From: Bdellovibrionota bacterium
GTDB taxonomy: Bacteria > Bdellovibrionota_G > JALEGL01 > DATDPG01
Length of the DNA: 64,000 bases
Direction: 5' to 3'
Assembly: GCA_963668355.1 (NCBI GenBank)
Contig: OY764265.1
Location: forward strand, 1,344,001 to 1,408,000
The position numbers were made by a program, and so were the translations under genes. The stretch's first letter is position 1. Every line of letters starts with the position of its first letter. This document shows positions 37,570-46,111 of the stretch, piece by piece. The notes under the pieces were generated by a model that saw only the letters and a list, made by a program, of their open reading frames with translations, ran no database searches and had not been told where the DNA came from.

Positions 37570-38646
37570 TTAAAGATTTTTCAAGATTTGAGCGATTTTT
37601 TCAGCGGCCTTTCCGTCTCCGTAGTACCTGCGTGTTGGAAAACGTTTGAGAGGGGGACGGTTTAGACTTTGTGTGAGGGCCTTTTTGATTTTTGTTTCTT
37701 TGGCCCCCAGAAGTTGGTTCCACCCCGACTCGACGGTTTCGACCCACTCGGTTTCATCCCGTAGCGTGTAGCAAGGTTTCCCGAGAACCACCGCTTCCTT
37801 TTGCATGCCCCCGGAGTCCGTCCAAACCGCTTGGGATTGGTCTTGTAAAAGAATCATCTCCAAATAGCTTACAGGTTTATAGGGCCGGACGGTGTTCGGA
37901 AGAGACAGATTCTCTTTCTTCAAAATGGCCGACGTTCGGGGGTGAATGGGAAAAATGATCGGAAGGGGGCTGCAAGAGAGACCTTTCAGTATGGCCCGCA
38001 ATCGAGATAAGTCGTTGGTGTTTTCGGCTCGATGCAATGTAAGAACGAAATACGGTTCTTCTGGAATCAGGGATTGAAAGTTTTTCTTCGACATCTTCTG
38101 GGCTTGGGTCCGAAAAAAATAAATGGCGTCAATCATGACGTCCCCCACGCGATGAATGCCTTTTCGAATGCCTTCCTTTTTTAGGTGAGATGCGGCCACT
38201 GCGGTGGGGACAAAGAGGGTGGTGGAAAGCCGGTCGGAAATGATGCGATTGATTTCTTCCGGCATCCTGGGATTGAAACTCCGAAGCCCTGCCTCTACAT
38301 GTGCAATGGGGATGTGAAGTTTTGAGGCCGCCAATGCTCCTGCGGTCGTTGAGTTCGTGTCACCGTATATTAGAAGGCAATCGGGCTTGAGTTTTAGACA
38401 TTCCTGTTCAATGCCTTCGAGCATTCGCGCGGTTTGCTCTCCCTGAGGTCCCGAACCGACCTTTAGGTTTTTATAGGGACGAGGAATCTTGAGTTGATCG
38501 AAAAAGATTTTGGACATTTCGGGGTCGTAATGTTGCCCCGTATGAAGGACCTTTTCTTGAATGTTTCGATGTTTTTTGAGGGCCTTGGAGACCATTGCGG
38601 CTTTGACGAACTGGGGCCGAGCTCCAACGATGGTTAAGATTTTCAC
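37570..38646 (-). CDS. wecB: Second non-hydrolysing UDP-GlcNAc(-type) 2-epimerase (WecB/WbpI-like)
   Basis: MKILTIVGARPQFVKAA, HTGQHYD, YGDTNST, HVEAGLRS, LHRAENT, TDSGGMQKEA, RDETEW. Confidence 0.92.
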   Translation of the reverse strand: MKILTIVGARPQFVKAAMVSKALKKHRNIQEKVLHTGQHYDPEMSKIFFDQLKIPRPYKNLKVGSGPQGEQTARMLEGIEQECLKLKPDCLLIYGDTNSTTAGALAASKLHIPIAHVEAGLRSFNPRMPEEINRIISDRLSTTLFVPTAVAASHLKKEGIRKGIHRVGDVMIDAIYFFRTQAQKMSKKNFQSLIPEEPYFVLTLHRAENTNDLSRLRAILKGLSCSPLPIIFPIHPRTSAILKKENLSLPNTVRPYKPVSYLEMILLQDQSQAVWTDSGGMQKEAVVLGKPCYTLRDETEWVETVESGWNQLLGAKETKIKKALTQSLNRPPLKRFPTRRYYGDGKAAEKIAQILKNL

Positions 38647-39830
38647 GATGAAATCTCCTTAAGAACGGTTTCATAGGATTCAAAGGCGTGTTCATGCCCC
38701 CCATTTTGCTCGATCCATGTGCGACCGTTTTCTCCCAAGCGCTTCAATTCATCTCGTTTGTGAACGGCATCTCGGAGGAAATCCACTAACCGATTTACAT
38801 GGGGGCCACAAACCATTCCACATCCAGCCTCTTGAACGATTTTTGCCACGTCATTCGATTCGGACATATTCACCAAAACCGGTCGTCCTACAGCCAGAAC
38901 GCCATAGATCTTGCTGGGAACGATGTAGCCATCAAAAGCGGGAAGCAGGGATACGTAATGAAGATCTGCGCTACCCAGGGATTCGGCAAGCATGCCCTTG
39001 GGTTGATAAGGAAGCAACCGAATGTTGTGGAGGTTTCGTTTTTGGATTTCTTGTTTTAAATATTCTTTGCGATTGCCATTTCCAATGATGAGAAAGCGAA
39101 TATGTTCCTCTTCCTTGGTCTGGTCAGCGGCTTCAAGCAGGGTGTCAAAGTCTTGAGAGACGCCAATGTTTCCAGAATGCATGATCAGCAGGTCTTCTTC
39201 GGCAATGCCGTGACTTTTTCGAAAATCGGCACCCAAACCGGGACGCAAAGACTCTAAGTCTTGCCAATTGGGAATCACGGATAAACGATTGCCAGGAACC
39301 CCTTTCTGTATCAGACGCTCTCTCATGTCATGACCCACAACGACAACGTGGTCTGCAGATCGCAAAATAAATGCGCTGGCTTTTTTTAATATGGATAGGC
39401 TGAGCCAATTATTCATGCGGCCTGCAGCGATGGCAATTTCCGGATAGACATCTTGAGAAACGAAAAGGAATTTGCTTCCCTTGAACTTGCGTAGCCAACC
39501 GGCAACGACTCCAATGATGGGAGGGTCGCTCCATGCCATGATGACATCGTATTTGGGTAGGGAGAACGTTTTCCAAAAAGCTCCGCCCAGAAAAAGAACG
39601 TAATTCAAGAGACGAAAGAAAAGAGAAGATCGGTTCTGTCCGAAGAGGGGGACTCGATGCACGACAATTTTTGGATGGGGCTTCAGCGTCGGATCGGGAT
39701 CGTACGTCGGGGTGCCACAGACGACATGTACCTCATGGTTTTGAGTTAAATGAGCAGCTAGTTGTCCGAGCAATTGAGCGGTCGCGGCTTGGTCCGGTAG
39801 GAAGTATTGGTTCAGAATCAGAAGTTTCAT
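38643..39830 (-). CDS. Glycosyltransferase family 4 (WbuB/WcaI-like)
   Basis: MKLLILNQYFLPDQAAT, SDPP, QDVYPE, IPNW, HSGNIG.SQ, VPSKIYG.LA.GRP. Start ATG 39830. Confidence 0.9.
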   Translation of the reverse strand: MKLLILNQYFLPDQAATAQLLGQLAAHLTQNHEVHVVCGTPTYDPDPTLKPHPKIVVHRVPLFGQNRSSLFFRLLNYVLFLGGAFWKTFSLPKYDVIMAWSDPPIIGVVAGWLRKFKGSKFLFVSQDVYPEIAIAAGRMNNWLSLSILKKASAFILRSADHVVVVGHDMRERLIQKGVPGNRLSVIPNWQDLESLRPGLGADFRKSHGIAEEDLLIMHSGNIGVSQDFDTLLEAADQTKEEEHIRFLIIGNGNRKEYLKQEIQKRNLHNIRLLPYQPKGMLAESLGSADLHYVSLLPAFDGYIVPSKIYGVLAVGRPVLVNMSESNDVAKIVQEAGCGMVCGPHVNRLVDFLRDAVHKRDELKRLGENGRTWIEQNGGHEHAFESYETVLKEISS

Positions 39831-40114
39831 TTTTTTTGGGGTTGAATAACTTCTCCAGGCTTTATCTGACTTTTTGTTTTTACATTGGCTTTGGCTACGA
39901 CAATGGCTCCATCTCCCAGAGTCGCATGGGCTCCAATTTTTGCGCCTTCTCCCACAATGCAGCGAGAACCTAATGTGACATTTCTTCCAATGTGGGCTTT
40001 GTCTGAGATGACGCTTCCCGCTCCAATTACGGTTTGGTCTCCGATTGTGCAATGACCAATGGAGCAATTTTCCGCAATTCTTACTTTTTTCCCAATTTTG
40101 ACTCGATGGACCAT
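39827..40114 (-). CDS. Small stand-alone hexapeptide-repeat (left-handed beta-helix) protein
   Basis: Continuous [IV]G-type hexad repeats (KIGKKV RIAENC SIG..TIGDQT VIGAGS...); ATGA overlap with the downstream GT. Confidence 0.75.
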   Translation of the reverse strand: MVHRVKIGKKVRIAENCSIGHCTIGDQTVIGAGSVISDKAHIGRNVTLGSRCIVGEGAKIGAHATLGDGAIVVAKANVKTKSQIKPGEVIQPQKK

Positions 40115-40137
40115 GGATTCTGCAATATACCTTAGCT

Positions 40138-40548
40138 ATGGCTGGAAAGGGCACAAATTTGGAAATTGTTGGCGTGGGGGTGGACTTGGAGGAGGTTCAT
40201 TCTTTTCGTGAAAAATCGATGGAAAAAGATGCTCGTTTTTTTTCGCGACTGTTTTCAGATGAGGAGATGCGCTATTGCCAAAAGCATCGAGATCCGGCTC
40301 CCTTTTTCACGGCGCGCTTTTGTGCCAAGGAGGCTTTGGTAAAGGCTGCGCGAAAAGTTGTGGATATTCAAGTCACCGAATCTCAGGTGGAGAAAGAAGA
40401 AGGAGGCGCGCCTTTTCTTCAGCCGCGTTCCAAGCGAGAAGAAGTTCTGCGTTTTTTTCAAGAGCATGACGTGCATCTTTCGTTGAGCCATACGAAAGAT
40501 TTGGCTACGGCATTTGTGGTGGTTGTCTCCAAAGACACAAAGCAATAG
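40138..40548 (+). CDS. acpS: Holo-[acyl-carrier-protein] synthase
   Basis: GVGVDLEEV, RLFS.EE..YC, ARFCAKEALVKA, GAP, HLSLSH. Confidence 0.88.
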   Translation: MAGKGTNLEIVGVGVDLEEVHSFREKSMEKDARFFSRLFSDEEMRYCQKHRDPAPFFTARFCAKEALVKAARKVVDIQVTESQVEKEEGGAPFLQPRSKREEVLRFFQEHDVHLSLSHTKDLATAFVVVVSKDTKQ

Positions 40549-40557
40549 GATGGATAC

Positions 40558-41424
40558 GTGATTTACAGCATGACAGGGTTTGGTCGGGGTGCCGTCGAAG
40601 AGGGCGGATATCGGTATGTGGTAGAAGCGCGCTCGGTAAACAACCGCTACTGCGAGGTTCGCATTCAAGCGCCGAAGGAGTTGCTTGAGTTCGAACACAA
40701 GCTGACTCATCAAATCAAAGAAGGTTTTGCTCGCGGAAAATTCGATTTGGTTTTGAAAACCGAGCGTTATTCTGAAAGAGAGAGCATTCGAAAAGGCGAT
40801 GAGGCTGTGGTTCGTTGTTGGAAAGACTTGGAACGTCTTCGGAAAAAATTGGGATTGAAAGAACCCGTTTCTTTGGAAATTGCCCTGGAACGAACGCCTG
40901 CACATATGTCCAATAAGACGATGAGCCATCGCGTGAAAATGTTTGAAAAGGCCTCCCAAGAAGCCCTTAAAAAATTAAGAGATTCTCGCTTAAAAGAGGG
41001 AAAGGTCTTGGCCAAAGACATCCAAGGTCGCATTCAGCTGCTTAAGCGAATTGTGGCGGAGATTGAGCGTAAGGCCAAAGGTGCCGCCAAATTTCGTTTC
41101 AAGCGAGCGAAAGATCGATTGAATCAATTATTGAAAGAGAACGAAATCGACAGCGCCCGGCTGAATATGGAAATCGCCTTGCTGGTTGAAAAGAGTGATG
41201 TAACGGAAGAAATCGTCCGTTTGAAGAGCCATTTGAATCGATTGAAAGAGACGTTAAAAATCAAAGAAAGTATGGGGCGCAAACTCGACTTTCTTTTGCA
41301 GGAGGTCAATCGGGAAATCAATACGATTGGCTCCAAGACGGTTGACTTAGGGGTCACCAACGATGTGGTTCAAGTGAAGGCAGAAATCGAGAAGATTCGT
41401 GAACAAAGCCAGAACCTCGAATAA
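40558..41424 (+). CDS. yicC: YicC/YloC family endoribonuclease
   Basis: MIYSMTGFGR, RSVNNRY, ARGK, DVTEEIVRLKSH, GRKLDFLLQEVNREINTIGSK, EKIREQSQNLE. Confidence 0.93.
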   Translation: MIYSMTGFGRGAVEEGGYRYVVEARSVNNRYCEVRIQAPKELLEFEHKLTHQIKEGFARGKFDLVLKTERYSERESIRKGDEAVVRCWKDLERLRKKLGLKEPVSLEIALERTPAHMSNKTMSHRVKMFEKASQEALKKLRDSRLKEGKVLAKDIQGRIQLLKRIVAEIERKAKGAAKFRFKRAKDRLNQLLKENEIDSARLNMEIALLVEKSDVTEEIVRLKSHLNRLKETLKIKESMGRKLDFLLQEVNREINTIGSKTVDLGVTNDVVQVKAEIEKIREQSQNLE

Positions 41425-42016
41425 AGGAATTTTGTTTGTTGTTTCAGCCCCTTCTGGAGCTGGGAAAACAACGATTGTCACTCAAGCGATCCAAAAAGAT
41501 CGTAGGCTGAAGCGCACGGTTTCCCACACCACGCGATCTCCTCGAACAGGGGAACGGCACGGGAAAGATTACTTCTTTGTGGATTCGAACATGTTTTCAC
41601 AGATGAAGAAAAAGGGAGAGTTTGTTGAGTCGGCCCGCGTGTATCAAGAATCTTATGGCACCTCTTATAAAACGATTCAATCGGGACTGAAGACTGGGAA
41701 AGATATGGTCCTGGTGATCGAGGGCAAGGGGGCCAAGCAAATCAAAAAGAAATATGCCGATGCGGTGTTCATCCTTCTCTTGCCCCCGAGTTTAAAGGAA
41801 CTCAGGAAGCGGATTCGTGGGCGTGGAGATACTCCAGCCAAGACTTTGGCCTTGCGTGAGGCTGCGGCCAAGGCGGAGGTGCGTGGGATGGCTTGGTATG
41901 ATTATGTCGTTGTGAATGACAAAAAATCTCAGGCTGTGAAAGAGCTCCTCAACATCGTCACCAGCGAACGCCTCAAGCTTGGCCGAAACAAGCAGTTGGT
42001 AAAAAATTTCTCTTAA
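41399..42016 (+). CDS. gmk: Guanylate kinase
   Basis: SAPSGAGKTT, SHTTRSPR.GE..G.DYFF, YGT, LPPS..EL..R, YDYVVVND. Confidence 0.95.
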   Translation: MNKARTSNKGILFVVSAPSGAGKTTIVTQAIQKDRRLKRTVSHTTRSPRTGERHGKDYFFVDSNMFSQMKKKGEFVESARVYQESYGTSYKTIQSGLKTGKDMVLVIEGKGAKQIKKKYADAVFILLLPPSLKELRKRIRGRGDTPAKTLALREAAAKAEVRGMAWYDYVVVNDKKSQAVKELLNIVTSERLKLGRNKQLVKNFS

Positions 42017-42091
42017 CATCGTAAGAAGCGCGACATCCGTCGCGCAAGAGCTTTCTTCGGGGCGTAAAATAAGCCGAGGAGATTTTGTGGG

Positions 42092-42167
42092 AGGGTCCTG
42101 ACCGACAGGGAAAGGGGCTCGCTGCGCCCCAACAGCGCTCGGAGCCCCTTTCCCTGTCGGCCACCCT
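42092..42167. repeat. GC-rich palindrome with perfect 19-bp arms (REP/MITE-like)
   Basis: CCGACAGGGAAAGGGGCTC (42102-42120) is the exact reverse complement of GAGCCCCTTTCCCTGTCGG (42142-42160); inner CGCTG/CAGCG and outer AGGGT/ACCCT stems. Confidence 0.85.
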
Positions 42168-42229
42168 TTCAACATATCCAACTGTTTTTCTAATTTTTCC
42201 AAGAAGAAGCTTTGCGTCTGAAGGTCTAA

Positions 42230-42329
42230 GAAGGAGGAGTGGGGCATGTTTCGAGCAAAACCGTATGGGGGGGGAAGGTTCTTCCCCCGAGGTTTCGGTT
42301 TTGTCCGAAACATGCCCCACTCCTCCTTC
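42230..42329. repeat. 100-bp near-perfect palindrome (34-bp arms plus inner 8-bp stem)
   Basis: GAAGGAGGAGTGGGGCATGTTTCGAGCAAAACCG (42230-42263) vs CGGTTTTGTCCGAAACATGCCCCACTCCTCCTTC (42296-42329): 32/34 complementary; inner GGGGGAAG/CTTCCCCC. Confidence 0.88.
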
Positions 42330-42369
42330 GCCAGGAATATAGATCTCCCATGTTCGGGATTGTCTAGTC

Positions 42370-42398
42370 TTGACAGTTTTGTCTCTTTTCACTACAAC
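42370..42398 (+). promoter_or_regulatory. Sigma70-type promoter for rpoZ
   Basis: TTGACA-N17-TACAAC, ending 10 nt before ATG 42409. Confidence 0.6.
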
Positions 42399-42408
42399 CC
42401 CCGCACTT

Positions 42409-42639
42409 ATGGCACGGATCACGATTGAAGATTGTTTGGAACAAGTTGAAAACCGCTTCGCTTTGGTTCATCTCGCCTCTCAGCGAGCCAAGCAGCTCCT
42501 CAAAGGTTCTCGTCAATTGGTTAAATCCAAAAATAAATACATCGTGAGCTCGCTTCGTGAGATCGCCGGTGAAAAAGTTCATTTTGCCCATCAGGTGAAT
42601 GAAAAAATCATTGGTGAGGAAGAAGAGAACCAGGTCTAA
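42409..42639 (+). CDS. rpoZ: RNA polymerase omega subunit
   Basis: [30 protein letters not shown]...NK.IV.SLREIA; downstream of gmk. Confidence 0.96.
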   Translation: MARITIEDCLEQVENRFALVHLASQRAKQLLKGSRQLVKSKNKYIVSSLREIAGEKVHFAHQVNEKIIGEEEENQV

Positions 42640-42697
42640 GCTCTCTAACCCCCCTAAAAGCCCTCCCAAAATCTTTGCATACGAGTAAACTACCTCT

Positions 42698-43816
42698 GTG
42701 TCGACGCTTACACAGGGTCGGTTTGGGACCTATTTAATTGACGAACGCATCGCGGTGGGGGGGATGGCCGAGATTTATCGTGCCCACACCTCCAGCGGAG
42801 AGCCGGTCGCCATCAAGGTCATCTTGCCCCGGCTGGCTGAGGAGCAGAAATTCATCCAGATGTTTTTGGATGAGGCCAAAATCGCCGTAGCTTTGCGTCA
42901 TCCCAATATTGTGCAGATGCTGGATTTTGGGAAGATCGACGACACCTATTTTTTTTCGATGGAGTGGGTAGATGGCAAGCCGCTTTCGGCTGTGATTCGT
43001 CGGCAAATGGAGCTGAGCCTTTCCTTTCCGGTAGAGGTCGCCATATTGATCATGGTTCACGCGTGTCGGGGATTGGCCTATGCGCATAGTCGACGGGATC
43101 GCTTCGATCGGCCCTTGGGAATTGTTCATCGGGATATCAGCCCTCCGAATATTCTGCTTATGCGCACAGGAAAGGCTAAGGTGGCTGACTTTGGAATTGC
43201 CGATGCCAAGCACAAGGCGATCCAGACCTTGCCCGGAGTCATCCGAGGAAAATTTAGCTATATGTCTCCAGAACAGGCCCGCGGAGAGGTTGTAGACCAT
43301 AGGTCCGACATTTTTAGCCTCGGGATTGTGCTTCATGAGCTGCTTACGGGTTCTCGACTTTTTTTGAGGGAGCAAGACACCGAAACGCTCAAAGCCGTGA
43401 GGGAGTGTAAAATTCCCAATTTGGCGGACGTGAGGCCGGATGTCTCTCCGACCTTGGAAAGAATTGTCCAGAAGTCTCTCCACCCCAACAAAGCCAAGCG
43501 TTATTTCTCAGCATGGGAAATGGGGCAGGAACTGAAAAAAGTGTTGGCGCATGAGTATGCCGACATTGAAAGCACGGCTGTGGCCGAGTTCCTGAAGGTG
43601 CTATATCCCTGGGAGACCTTTATTGGGGTGCAGCAGCCGGTGAAGGAATTGCTGGCAAAATGGAGAGAGCGCGAAAGAATCGGCTTTCTCCGGGCTCAGA
43701 GCCCTCCCATGCCGGTTTGGATGCGAACCGTTTTATCTCATCGGTATGAAATCGCCGTCGCCCTGGGAATGTTGACCATAGGTGCTTTAGAGCTCCTACT
43801 TGCTTTGGTGGGCTAG
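42698..43816 (+). CDS. Hanks-type Ser/Thr protein kinase with a C-terminal membrane anchor
   Basis: IAVGGMAEIY, VAIK, FLDEA, HRDISPPNIL, DFG, GKFSYMSPEQ, SDIFSLG; one hydrophobic C-terminal helix. Confidence 0.93.
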   Translation: MSTLTQGRFGTYLIDERIAVGGMAEIYRAHTSSGEPVAIKVILPRLAEEQKFIQMFLDEAKIAVALRHPNIVQMLDFGKIDDTYFFSMEWVDGKPLSAVIRRQMELSLSFPVEVAILIMVHACRGLAYAHSRRDRFDRPLGIVHRDISPPNILLMRTGKAKVADFGIADAKHKAIQTLPGVIRGKFSYMSPEQARGEVVDHRSDIFSLGIVLHELLTGSRLFLREQDTETLKAVRECKIPNLADVRPDVSPTLERIVQKSLHPNKAKRYFSAWEMGQELKKVLAHEYADIESTAVAEFLKVLYPWETFIGVQQPVKELLAKWRERERIGFLRAQSPPMPVWMRTVLSHRYEIAVALGMLTIGALELLLALVG

Positions 43817-43840
43817 TTTGGGTAGATCGGCGATCGGAAT

Positions 43841-44119
43841 ATGGCCGAAAAAAAGAATCATACATTGGGAATGACGGGCAAGCATGTCGAGATCTTTCTA
43901 AAAACGCCTCTTTTTCGATTTCGCTATAAGAGCGGAAAGGTTGAAAAAGAATTGATGGAAAATGCGGTGCGCATTTCCGGGCAGGTGAAAGAAGATCGAG
44001 GTGCGGGTCTGCTCGTTCAGGTAGAAGTTTTGAGCAATATGAAAGAGAAGGAAAAGGATCTTCCCTTTGAAGAAATTTTTCTTCCACTTTCCAAAATTGA
44101 TTTTGTGGTTGTGGAGTAA
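43841..44119 (+). CDS. Small hypothetical protein, possible Sm/LSm-like fold
   Basis: GKHVEIFLK...RISGQVKE..GAGLLV...IFLPLSKIDFVVVE resembles the Sm1/Sm2 strand pattern; ends 3 nt before pgk. Confidence 0.6.
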   Translation: MAEKKNHTLGMTGKHVEIFLKTPLFRFRYKSGKVEKELMENAVRISGQVKEDRGAGLLVQVEVLSNMKEKEKDLPFEEIFLPLSKIDFVVVE

Positions 44120-44122
44120 AAA

Positions 44123-45325
44123 ATGGCACAAAAGTATCGAGAGCATTCCATTCGAACCTTAAAAGACCTTGAATTGAAAGGCCGACGCGTTTTTTGTCGA
44201 TTGGATCTGAATGTACCTTTAAAGGATGGGAAAGTGAGAGATGATAAACGCATTCGTGCTGCTCTCCCCACCATTCAGTATTTGTTGGAGCAAGGGGCTC
44301 AGATTACGTTGGCCTCTCATTTGGGACGTCCCAAAGGTCAAGTGAATCCAGCTTTCTCGTTGCTTCCCGTGGCGGACCGACTTTCAGAACTCACCGGAAG
44401 AGAAGTTATTTTCCCAGATGACTGCATCGGGAGTGGAACGCGAAAGGTCCTTCAGGAAAGAAAGCCGGAAGCGATTGTTTTGTTGGAGAATCTGCGTTTC
44501 CATGCAGAAGAAGAAAAAAATGACGAGGGATTTGCTCAGGAGTTGAAAGCCGATACAGAAGTTTATATCAGCGACGCTTTTGGTTCCCTCCATCGGGCTC
44601 ATGCCAGCACCTCCAATCTGCCCAAGCAGTATTCGGAAAGAGGCATTGGCTTTTTGGTAGAAAAGGAATTGGCGCATTTGGCCCCCTTGTTGGAAAGCCC
44701 AGAATCGCCGTATGCTCTGATTTTGGGAGGGGCCAAGATCTCCGACAAAATCAAAGTCATTGAAAACTTCTTGCGAAAAATCGACCATTTGTTCTTAGGT
44801 GGAGCCATGGTGTTCACCTTCATGAAAGCCAAAGGCTTAAAGGTGGGTTCTTCCTTGGTAGAGTTGGATCGCTTGAACCAAGCCAATCGAATACTGGATG
44901 AGGCCAAGACCAAAGGGGTTATGGTTCATTTCCCCGTGGATTTCCAATTGGGCGCTTCGGTGGATGAACCTGGAGATCCTGAAGTATTTTCGGGGCTCAA
45001 TATTCCCGATGGAAAAATGGGCCTGGATATTGGTCCGGCTACCGTGGAAGAATATGGTCGGAAATTGAGAGAAATGAAAACCATCTTTTGGAATGGCCCC
45101 ATGGGATTATTTGAACGCCCCCCATTTGACGCAGGAACCGTGGGCGTGGCCAAATGTTTGTCTGAATTGAACTCAGCTCGCGTCATTGGCGGCGGAGATT
45201 CAGCGGCGGCGGTCAAAAAAGCGGGTCTTGAGGATAAAATGACCCATATTTCAACTGGAGGAGGCGCAAGCTTAGAGTTCTTAGAGGGAAAAGCTTTGCC
45301 TGGACTCGAAAGCTTGACTGTGTAA
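44123..45325 (+). CDS. pgk: Phosphoglycerate kinase
   Basis: RLDLNVP, SHLGRPKG, LLENLRF, DAFGSLHRAHAS, GGAKISDKI, WNGPMG, STGGGASLEFLEG. Confidence 0.98.
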   Translation: MAQKYREHSIRTLKDLELKGRRVFCRLDLNVPLKDGKVRDDKRIRAALPTIQYLLEQGAQITLASHLGRPKGQVNPAFSLLPVADRLSELTGREVIFPDDCIGSGTRKVLQERKPEAIVLLENLRFHAEEEKNDEGFAQELKADTEVYISDAFGSLHRAHASTSNLPKQYSERGIGFLVEKELAHLAPLLESPESPYALILGGAKISDKIKVIENFLRKIDHLFLGGAMVFTFMKAKGLKVGSSLVELDRLNQANRILDEAKTKGVMVHFPVDFQLGASVDEPGDPEVFSGLNIPDGKMGLDIGPATVEEYGRKLREMKTIFWNGPMGLFERPPFDAGTVGVAKCLSELNSARVIGGGDSAAAVKKAGLEDKMTHISTGGGASLEFLEGKALPGLESLTV

Positions 45326-45352
45326 ACTGCGCGGCCTCGAAGGGATTACGCT

Positions 45353-46108
45353 ATGAAAACACCCATCATCATTGGAAACTGGAAAATGAACGAAACCGTT
45401 TCGGAGACGATTCGGCTTTTGACGGAACTCAAAGGACTAATTTCCGGAAAACAAGAGGTCGAGGTTGTGGTCGCCCCACCTTTTTGCTCTTTGTATTCTG
45501 CTGAAATTGCGGCTCAAGGAACCACCATCAAGATTGCTGCCCAAAACATGCATTTCGAAGAGAGCGGCGCTTATACGGGTGAGGTATCTCCACCCATGCT
45601 GATCGATGTGGGATGTAAATATGTGATTTTGGGGCATTCTGAAAGACGTCAGTACTTCAAGGAAGACGATGTCTTGATCAACAAGAAAGTGAAAGCGGCT
45701 CTTGAGAATCAGCTTTCGGCGGTGCTCTGTATTGGAGAAACCAAAGAAGATCGGCAAACGGAGAAAACGTTTGAAGTGATCGAGACCCAGCTGCGAGAAG
45801 GCCTTCGAGGCATCAATGATTCCGATGCGGAGAATTTGGTTGTGGCCTATGAGCCGGTTTGGGCAATTGGTACCGGCGAGACGGCCACTCCAGACATTGC
45901 CGAAGAAGTTCACGCGTTCATTGCCGAGAAACTGGAAACCATTTTTCGAAAAGATGTGGCTCAAACCATTCGGATTACCTATGGGGGATCCGTCAAACCC
46001 GATAATATCAAGGACTTAATGGCCCAAGCACATATTGATGGCGCTCTGGTGGGTGGAGCCAGCTTAAATGCCGAGACTTTTGCCAAAATTGTAAGCTACA
46101 AGGATTAA
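45353..46108 (+). CDS. tpiA: Triosephosphate isomerase
   Basis: GNWKMN, GAYTGEVS, GHSERR, AYEPVWAIGTG, YGGSVKP, LVGGASL. Confidence 0.98.
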   Translation: MKTPIIIGNWKMNETVSETIRLLTELKGLISGKQEVEVVVAPPFCSLYSAEIAAQGTTIKIAAQNMHFEESGAYTGEVSPPMLIDVGCKYVILGHSERRQYFKEDDVLINKKVKAALENQLSAVLCIGETKEDRQTEKTFEVIETQLREGLRGINDSDAENLVVAYEPVWAIGTGETATPDIAEEVHAFIAEKLETIFRKDVAQTIRITYGGSVKPDNIKDLMAQAHIDGALVGGASLNAETFAKIVSYKD

Positions 46109-46111
46109 ATC

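Noticed and set aside
38643..40154. 503-aa version of the GT4 ORF
   Set aside because: The extension is an alternative frame of the hexapeptide-repeat gene and overlaps acpS; the GT starts at ATG 39830.
42017..42369. Possible CRISPR array, SRP RNA or 6S RNA
   Set aside because: There are no direct repeats with spacers and no cas genes; I see no SRP domain IV motif and no 6S-like central bubble.
41792..42428. ORFs of 60-173 aa across the gmk-rpoZ spacer
   Set aside because: They are open because of GC-rich palindromes, repeat the same peptide from both hairpin arms, and have no recognisable motifs.
42734..43483. Long antisense or alternate-frame ORFs (also 19599-20402, 27509-28123, 40255-40959, 53605-54339, 57361-57969)
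   Set aside because: They are shadows of well-supported genes, with no motifs or independent start signals.
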